This document shows, one piece after another, positions 59,801 through 64,000 of a DNA stretch of 64,000 nucleotides. The stretch is from Euglena gracilis (taxonomy: Eukaryota), in NCBI GenBank assembly GCA_039621445.1, contig CP154954.1, positions 45,549,847-45,613,846 on the forward strand. The letters are read 5' to 3'. Position 1 is the first letter of the stretch. Every line of letters starts with the position of its first letter. The notes beneath the pieces were generated by a model. It was not told the DNA's origin. It saw only the letters and a list, made by a program, of their open reading frames with translations, and did no database searches. The position numbers and the translations under genes are program-made.

Positions 59801-61557
59801 GGGCATTCTAACTTGCCAGCGTTGTCTGAGGCACAGTTTGAAACACCTAATGGTAGAGGATGAAGGTTGGACGTCGTCCGCTTTTTGCAAGGCAAAGAGC
59901 AAATGGCAACCCAATGAGGTCACTCTCCATCTGCCCAAGGTGTGTTGTTTTTTTTTCTTTTGGCGGCGCAACCTCAACGATGCGTGATCCTTGAAGTTAA
60001 TACAGAGCTCAAATGAAAAAAGTCTTGGCCGACCCCACCCCCTCCCTCCGCCCCTTCTGGAGACATTTGGTCTATTGCCATGGCCAGGTTGTGGTTGACC
60101 AACGCTGGGAATTTGAAGCCCCCCCCCCCTCCTGGTCAGGCACCCCCTCCCCCAGGGGGGATGAACCAAATTTTGGCTTCTTTTCTGGGCTTCTGGCGCC
60201 TTTTAGTGCTGAAGTGCCCACCATGTCTTCAACCGCCGTTCCGGTGAAAGTTGTTTGTCCCGTCCAGTCTGGTGATGCGAATCCGGTGCGGCAGGACACA
60301 ATGCGACGGTATGCGACGGTTCAATCAAATTGCTGTTTCTGTTTCTGTTTGCCCAAGGGATTTTGACACACACACACACACACACACACACACAAGTAAG
60401 AGTCTTCCGCTGTCCCAGGAATCATCTTCGGCAACATTGTGTACGACGGCCCCGGTGCAGCTGCGGAGAGGCAGTGCGTCATCCTCAACGACATCCACAT
60501 CGACATCATGGATTACATCAGGTGTCTGTGATATTGTGGGATCGCACCAGGGGGCCCATGGTGCCATGCTGGGAATCGGTTTTGTGTGAGGGTTTGGCAT
60601 ACGAAGCAAAGACCAGGCTTTTGCTTAAGGGATTGCAGTACCCCCCCCCCCCCGGGGGGGGGCTGGACTGCAGCTAGTCCAAATTTGGCTAGTGGGATTT
60701 CTAGCAGCAGACCCCCAGGGGGTCTGCTAGCAGGGCTAGCTAGTGGAATTTTTTTCCCGGTGACCGACGTGAAGCGCCGAAAATTTTTTTGGGACCCCCA
60801 AAAATGGCCAAAAATGCCGTTTTTGGCCATTTTTGGGATTTTTTGGAACAAAATCAGCCAAAAACCTGTTAAAAACCTCATTTTTCCAGTCCGGGGGACC
60901 CCCGGACCCCCCCCCCCCGGCCTAGCTAGTCCACTTTTTCCAGTGTCTAGCCGATTGGCTAGCCAGTTGTTTTTTGTTTTTTTTTTTTTTTGTTGTTTTT
61001 ACTCACCCCCCTGGGGTCTTTTTTTTTTTTTTTTTTAAGCAAAAGCCTGAAACAGACAGTCTGAAAGGAAAAAGGGTGAACGGGATTTCCTTGGTACCCC
61101 CTCCCCCCTCTTTGTCGGGTCCAGTTTAGTTTTGAAAAAATGAAGGATACCCCCTGCAATCCTGTTGTGGAGTAAAAACAACATTTGCTCTAAGGTGTGT
61201 TTTTTGTTGTTTTTTTTTGAGCTTTGCCAGTTTCACAAACAAGCGTACCAGAAACACTTTAGAGGACCGAAAGGATCACCACGACGCAACTGCTGGCTGG
61301 CTCCTTCTCCTTTGATGGAAAGGTGGCTCCGGAACGATTGACAGAATTTTTTTTTTGGTGTGAGAAGAGTTTCTCGTGGATCCCCCCAGATGGGTTGCTT
61401 CCCTAACTTCGCAATTGTGCAGCCCGGCAACCTGTGCCCCGACTGCCTTCCGGTCGATGTGGGCTGAGTTCGAGTGGGAGAACAAGGTGGTGGTGAACAC
61501 CGACATCAAGTCTCTGCGTGAATTCCTGGACCACATCATGCAGAACACAAATATGCG
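31937..61557 (+). CDS. COPB1: Coatomer subunit beta (beta-COP), multi-exon gene, 24 exons in window, 3' end probably outside window
   Basis: Joined exons translate without frameshift into recognisable beta-COP motifs in the correct order: [143 protein letters not shown]. Exon phases are consistent at all 23 junctions. Confidence 0.97.
32138..32302 (+). other. Nonconventional intron 1 (165 nt, no GT donor)
   Basis: ccc|agcCAGgct...agcCTGgtgtt|aag; ccaggct pairs with agcctgg; removal joins VLP to KQDHKLKKL in frame. Confidence 0.85.
32303..32538 (+). CDS. COPB1: beta-COP exon 2 ([15 protein letters not shown]...ANLDH)
   Basis: Strong motif match; ends AG|GTGTGT. Confidence 0.95.
33145..34427. 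mobile_element. Composite repeat bounded by ~80-bp direct repeats, each ending in a GC hairpin
   Basis: acaaattgtggctgagcccagatttcagcctgaa..cgtgttcagg...ctgaacacg at 33145 and 34345; internal inverted copies of a gaacacgtttt module. Confidence 0.7.
36783..36814 (+). CDS. COPB1: beta-COP exon 3, 32 nt ([11 protein letters not shown])
   Basis: Highly conserved motif HSYVRRNAV after cag acceptor. Confidence 0.93.
36815..37227 (+). other. Nonconventional intron 3 (413 nt)
   Basis: ctgt|atgCAAggagttcc...ggaacttaTTGatttt|gt; no AG acceptor available; removal gives [13 protein letters not shown]. Confidence 0.8.
37228..37278 (+). CDS. COPB1: beta-COP exon 4 ([17 protein letters not shown])
   Basis: Matches conserved ...IY..F.HL.PDAPE. 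Confidence 0.9.
37279..38437 (+). other. Nonconventional intron 4 (1159 nt)
   Basis: ccag|agcCAGgcctt...aaggcTTGcccaa|ag; 8-bp stem with one G.U; removal gives PDAPELVEASL. Confidence 0.8.
38438..38469 (+). CDS. COPB1: beta-COP exon 5, 32 nt ([11 protein letters not shown])
   Basis: Fills the gap between PDAP and D.T.KRN without indels relative to the ELIHDFLVNEKD-type segment. Confidence 0.78.
38470..38749 (+). other. Nonconventional intron 5 (280 nt); alternatively GC-AG 38471-38750
   Basis: tcc|tgcCAGgcagt...attgcCTGcccca|gat; 8-bp stem with one G.U. Confidence 0.72.
38750..38827 (+). CDS. COPB1: beta-COP exon 6 ([26 protein letters not shown])
   Basis: KRN.F.ML...Q.RA..YL motif; ends AAG|GTGTGA. 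Confidence 0.92.
38932..39051 (+). CDS. COPB1: beta-COP exon 7 ([21 protein letters not shown]...KYLSVIF)
   Basis: cag acceptor; motif match. Confidence 0.9.
39052..39124 (+). other. Nonconventional intron 7 (73 nt)
   Basis: ttc|gactgggaaga...tcttcccagcccc|aat; perfect 9-bp stem ctgggaaga/tcttcccag; removal joins SVIF to NLLSS and corrects the frame. Confidence 0.88.
39125..39306 (+). CDS. COPB1: beta-COP exon 8 ([10 protein letters not shown]...[17 protein letters not shown])
   Basis: Motif match; ends AG|GTGTGT. Confidence 0.95.
39700..39865 (+). CDS. COPB1: beta-COP exon 9 ([10 protein letters not shown]...[10 protein letters not shown])
   Basis: AG/GT bounded, motif match. Confidence 0.95.
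41284..41383 (+). CDS. COPB1: beta-COP exon 10 ([23 protein letters not shown]...VA)
   Basis: AG/GT bounded, YRQLLVR motif. Confidence 0.93.
42343..42455 (+). CDS. COPB1: beta-COP exon 11 ([11 protein letters not shown]...DVMLFIRE...LRDE)
   Basis: AG/GT bounded, motif match. Confidence 0.93.
43880..44097. repeat. (ATACT)n microsatellite
   Basis: About 43 pentamers. Confidence 0.97.
44553..44647. mobile_element. 95-bp hAT-type MITE, caggcttgtgctta family
   Basis: TIR caggcttgtgctta/taagcacaagcatg; flanks atggggtc / atagggtc (7/8 TSD). Confidence 0.85.
44686..44787 (+). CDS. COPB1: beta-COP exon 12 (ILAKLIDVF...[13 protein letters not shown])
   Basis: AG/GT bounded, LW.LG.YC motif; missed by ORF track. 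Confidence 0.93.
44806..44890. repeat. (GTGC)n/(GT)n microsatellite
   Basis: Direct inspection. Confidence 0.95.
45690..45755 (+). CDS. COPB1: beta-COP exon 13 ([22 protein letters not shown])
   Basis: AG/GT bounded, matches I...LG..P.V segment. Confidence 0.88.
47137..47214 (+). CDS. COPB1: beta-COP exon 14 (variable linker [10 protein letters not shown]...VARM)
   Basis: Strong pyrimidine tract/AG and GTGTG donor, phase 0/0; poorly conserved linker so less certain. Confidence 0.7.
47409..47500 (+). CDS. COPB1: beta-COP exon 15 ([13 protein letters not shown]...ELPL)
   Basis: DGTY.T motif; AG/GT bounded. Confidence 0.9.
50275..50389 (+). CDS. COPB1: beta-COP exon 16 ([21 protein letters not shown]...ELK)
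   Basis: GDFF motif; AG/GT bounded. Confidence 0.93.
50999..51133 (+). CDS. COPB1: beta-COP exon 17 ([14 protein letters not shown]...[13 protein letters not shown]...PAK)
   Basis: PID.D...RI.LCL motif; AG/GT bounded. Confidence 0.93.
51232..51866. mobile_element. hAT-type MITE, TIR cagggcagaacgggaa; other ends at 48145-48159, 49917 and 63841
   Basis: Perfect 16-bp TIR; flanks ccccgggg / cccggggg. Confidence 0.85.
51906..52185. mobile_element. hAT-type MITE, caggcttgtgct family
   Basis: TIR caggcttgtgct/agcacaagcctg; perfect 8-bp TSD accgggac. Confidence 0.92.
52870..54136. mobile_element. Non-autonomous hAT-type element, TIR cagggcggtcc
   Basis: Perfect 8-bp TSD gtcagttc (52862-52869, 54137-54144). 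Confidence 0.92.
54386..54871. mobile_element. hAT-type MITE, TIR cagggatgtgtgggaagcc
   Basis: Flanks cccaggtg / cccaagtg (7/8 TSD). Confidence 0.88.
55505..55646 (+). CDS. COPB1: beta-COP exon 18 ([14 protein letters not shown]...[12 protein letters not shown])
   Basis: Matches ..F..ML....V..D..I.F.Q; high GC3; AG/GT bounded. Confidence 0.88.
57015..57079 (+). CDS. COPB1: beta-COP exon 19 ([22 protein letters not shown])
   Basis: Phase 1/0 fits its neighbours; acidic linker; AG/GT bounded. Confidence 0.75.
57723..57778 (+). CDS. COPB1: beta-COP exon 20 ([18 protein letters not shown])
   Basis: S.L.R motif preceding the appendage domain; nearby alternative CAG acceptors possible. Confidence 0.8.
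57910..58016 (+). CDS. COPB1: beta-COP exon 21 ([16 protein letters not shown]...VVNQSS)
   Basis: Highly conserved motif. Confidence 0.96.
58017..59599 (+). other. Nonconventional intron 21 (1583 nt)
   Basis: tccc|accCAAggca...tgccTTGggatc|at; perfect 9-bp stem cccaaggca/tgccttggg; removal gives [15 protein letters not shown]. Confidence 0.9.
59600..59737 (+). CDS. COPB1: beta-COP exon 22 ([18 protein letters not shown]...KVSSTDT)
   Basis: Motif match; ends G|GTGTGA. Confidence 0.95.
60419..60521 (+). CDS. COPB1: beta-COP exon 23 ([10 protein letters not shown]...[10 protein letters not shown])
   Basis: Highly conserved motif; AG/GT bounded. Confidence 0.96.
60614..61049. mobile_element. 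hAT-type MITE, TIR caggcttttgcttaa; older relative at 57275-57685
   Basis: Perfect 15-bp TIR; flanks gcaaagac / aaacagac (eroded TSD). Confidence 0.82.
61423..61557 (+). CDS. COPB1: beta-COP exon 24 ([23 protein letters not shown]...NTNM)
   Basis: Highly conserved motif; ends CG|GTTTG. Confidence 0.96.
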
Positions 61558-64000
61558 GTTTGCCCCAGGGACTGCCCCAGGGCGTCCCAAAGTGGGGGGG
61601 GGGATATTTTTCGTGTTTTTGCACATTTTTAGTGCATTTTCCCCGCATTTTTTTTGCACATTTTTTGTTTTTTTTTCCGGCGCATTTTTGGGGCATTTTT
61701 TTGTGATTCCAGTTTTTCGTATTTTTTTTTCCACCATTTTTGCAAATTCTTACCTCTGATTTTTGAAACTGATATTTTCCTCTTGATTCCATACAATTCT
61801 TGTAAATTTGGTACCCCTTTCGCATATTTTTTGGGTATTTTTTTCCTATTTGTGATTTTTGCGCCTTTTCTCTCAAACTTTCGCATTCCCCCCCCAACAA
61901 TGCTCCTTTTTTGCTCATTTTTTTGTGCCTTTTTTCAAGGCCGGAGTTGCGCCTTCCCCCCTGTCAACCTGAAGGGGATTCCATCCCAGTCCAGTCCAGC
62001 CAGCATCCTTTTCCCGCCAGCAGCCTTCTTCCAGCAGCCAAAGGGCGGCTGGACGGCAACAATTTTTCCGCTTTTGGAGGTGCAAAAAAATATGGGGCAA
62101 AAATGGGCAAAAAATGGGAAAAGGGCTGTCCCGCTCAAATTTTGGGTCAAAGAATCAATGTGTTGCCCAATTTGCAGCTTTTTTTTGAAATCATTTCTGC
62201 AGTTTCAAGTTTCTGTTACCCGGTTCGACTCTGTGTCGAGCTAACTTCAGCTGGTGGAGTGGGGTGGTCAGCCAGCAACCATTTTTCCAGCCGACACTCC
62301 AACTCTGAGGTGCCCCCTTGTCAGCTCTGCCAGAGGGTGATATCAGGGGTTGGAGGAAAATGCAAGTTGCATAATTTGCATTTTTTGTGCAATCCTAACT
62401 CTTGAAAACTTGATTTTTTTGCATAATTTGCTTTTTTGTGTATAATGAAAAAATTTGTGAAAAGTCGCATTTTTTGCATTTTTTGCATATTTTGCCTTTG
62501 CGTTTTTTTGGGGGCATTTGTGCAGCACCTCAAGTTGCATGTAAATTTCTTTAGGAGCTCCCAGGGCTGTACGCTTTTCTGCTGGAGAGGACTTAGAAGA
62601 AATTCAACTGCCCCAAAATGCAACACCAAAGGAAAATGTGGTGCAAACTTGCAAAATGATGTGCTTGGTTCACCAAGTTGCATCCACTTATATTTAATTG
62701 AACAATTACTGCTGGAAATGTGAAATTGGTCCAAAAACATTTTTTTTTGCATTTTTTTGCATTGCATTTTTTGAGGAGCCTTGTGTCATATTCCCCCCTT
62801 GTGATGTACAAACATATGGGCATGAAAAATTAAAAAAAATCACGTGGAGAATGTGGAATATGCAGTTTTGGTTATTTTACATCTTCAAGTATTGTGTGTA
62901 TGTTATTTTCCACCGTGTTCTATATTTCTATCGTCTTTTTTAATTTTTTTTTGGATTTTGCATATTATTTTCTCAAATTGCAGCCCCCAAATGGACTCTT
63001 TTGTTTGAGTCCTCCAGATCTCGGTGCTCATTCGGCCCTTGCTCCAGGTTTCCCATCATTGTTACCTTCCATCCTGCTGGACCCTTGGAATCGCTTTGGG
63101 CAGTGACAATGGGTTTGATGGAATTGTGGTTGCGCATGTGGATGTTTTTTTTGTTTCCTCCCCCCCTCCCTCCCCGATATGGAGTAAGTTCAATACTTTG
63201 GGCTCAGGGCTGCATGGAAATCCCCAAATTGGGATTTCTGGGATTTTTGGGGGGGGTCGCCTCCCCCCCCTACTCCTGGTGGGTGGGGTCTGCCCCCCTC
63301 CCCCCCCCCCACCAGGCTTTCTTGTGTTTTCTGGGGCACTGCTTTTTAGGCAGGAAATTGGACCTTGCTTGGGGACACAACAATAATCCAGAACAGGATG
63401 TCCCAGAACAGGTCCCCCAGCTGGAACTTGGCCCGACCTGGGGTTGATCTGGGTACCAAAAAATCGAAACTCCAAAAATGCCCAAAAACTGCCAATTATG
63501 CAAAACATTTTTTGACCCAAAATTTGAGCTGGCCCAAATCTGACCCTTTTTTTGGCCATTTTTGGCCCATTTTTGCACCTCCAAAAGTGAAATATCTGTC
63601 ACTGTCCAGGTGCCCTTCGGGCGGCTGCAAAGTAATTAAAACTTGTCTATGGGGGAGGAGGGGGGGTCCGAGGCTGGAAAAGGCTGCTGGCTGGAAAAAC
63701 GGCTGTTGGCTGCCCCCCCCCCCGGTGTTTCATTTTTTCTTAAGCGGCGACCTGACACAGACCCCCAAAGCCCAGGCAGGGCTGCACGGGAAGGCCTGTA
63801 CGGCATGTGCGGGAAGGCAGGGGTGGGGTCGACCCCCACCCAGGGCAGAACGGGAATGCCAAACAGCCAGGGTGGTGGGTGGGGGCTGGACCCCCCCCCC
63901 CCCCCCACCTCTTCCCGTTGTTCTGGTGGCACCAATTTTTTTGGACCCCAAATTTTTTTCCCGCCTTCGGCACCGGGTGTTTTGACGCATATAGGAGGAC

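Noticed and set aside
63070-63120. CWTLGIALGSDNGF as possible next beta-COP exon
   Set aside because: Weak resemblance to CLTP..AL....GF, but no usable acceptor or end-pairing and the conserved AANLYA.S.FGEDAL does not follow

Overview
Eukaryotic, repeat-saturated genomic DNA, almost certainly from a euglenid (inferred from intron style). The right half (31937 to >61557, + strand) holds a coatomer subunit beta (beta-COP/COPB1) gene. I reconstructed 24 exons by hand (2645 nt, about 881 codons, frame continuous); the last exon(s) appear to lie beyond the window. Of its 23 complete introns, 17 are GT-AG (mostly GTGTG/GTTTG donors). Six are non-GT-AG 'nonconventional' introns whose ends base-pair in a fixed register (+4..+6 with -8..-6). 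The rest of the window contains: a 1.75-1.9 kb-unit tandem array (1-9.8 kb), a fragmented hAT transposase, many MITEs with CAGG...CCTG termini and 8-bp target-site duplications (TSDs), a GC-rich island with an F-box-like pseudogene and a tRNA-like sequence, a decayed PHD-finger ORF, and mini/microsatellites. Main hypothesis: the nonconventional introns are hAT-type MITEs. Their splice sites sit 3 nt outside the left CAG and 5 nt outside the right CTG (3+5 = 8 = one TSD), so splicing would exactly restore the pre-insertion coding sequence. All coordinates and alignments were read by eye; no searches were run.
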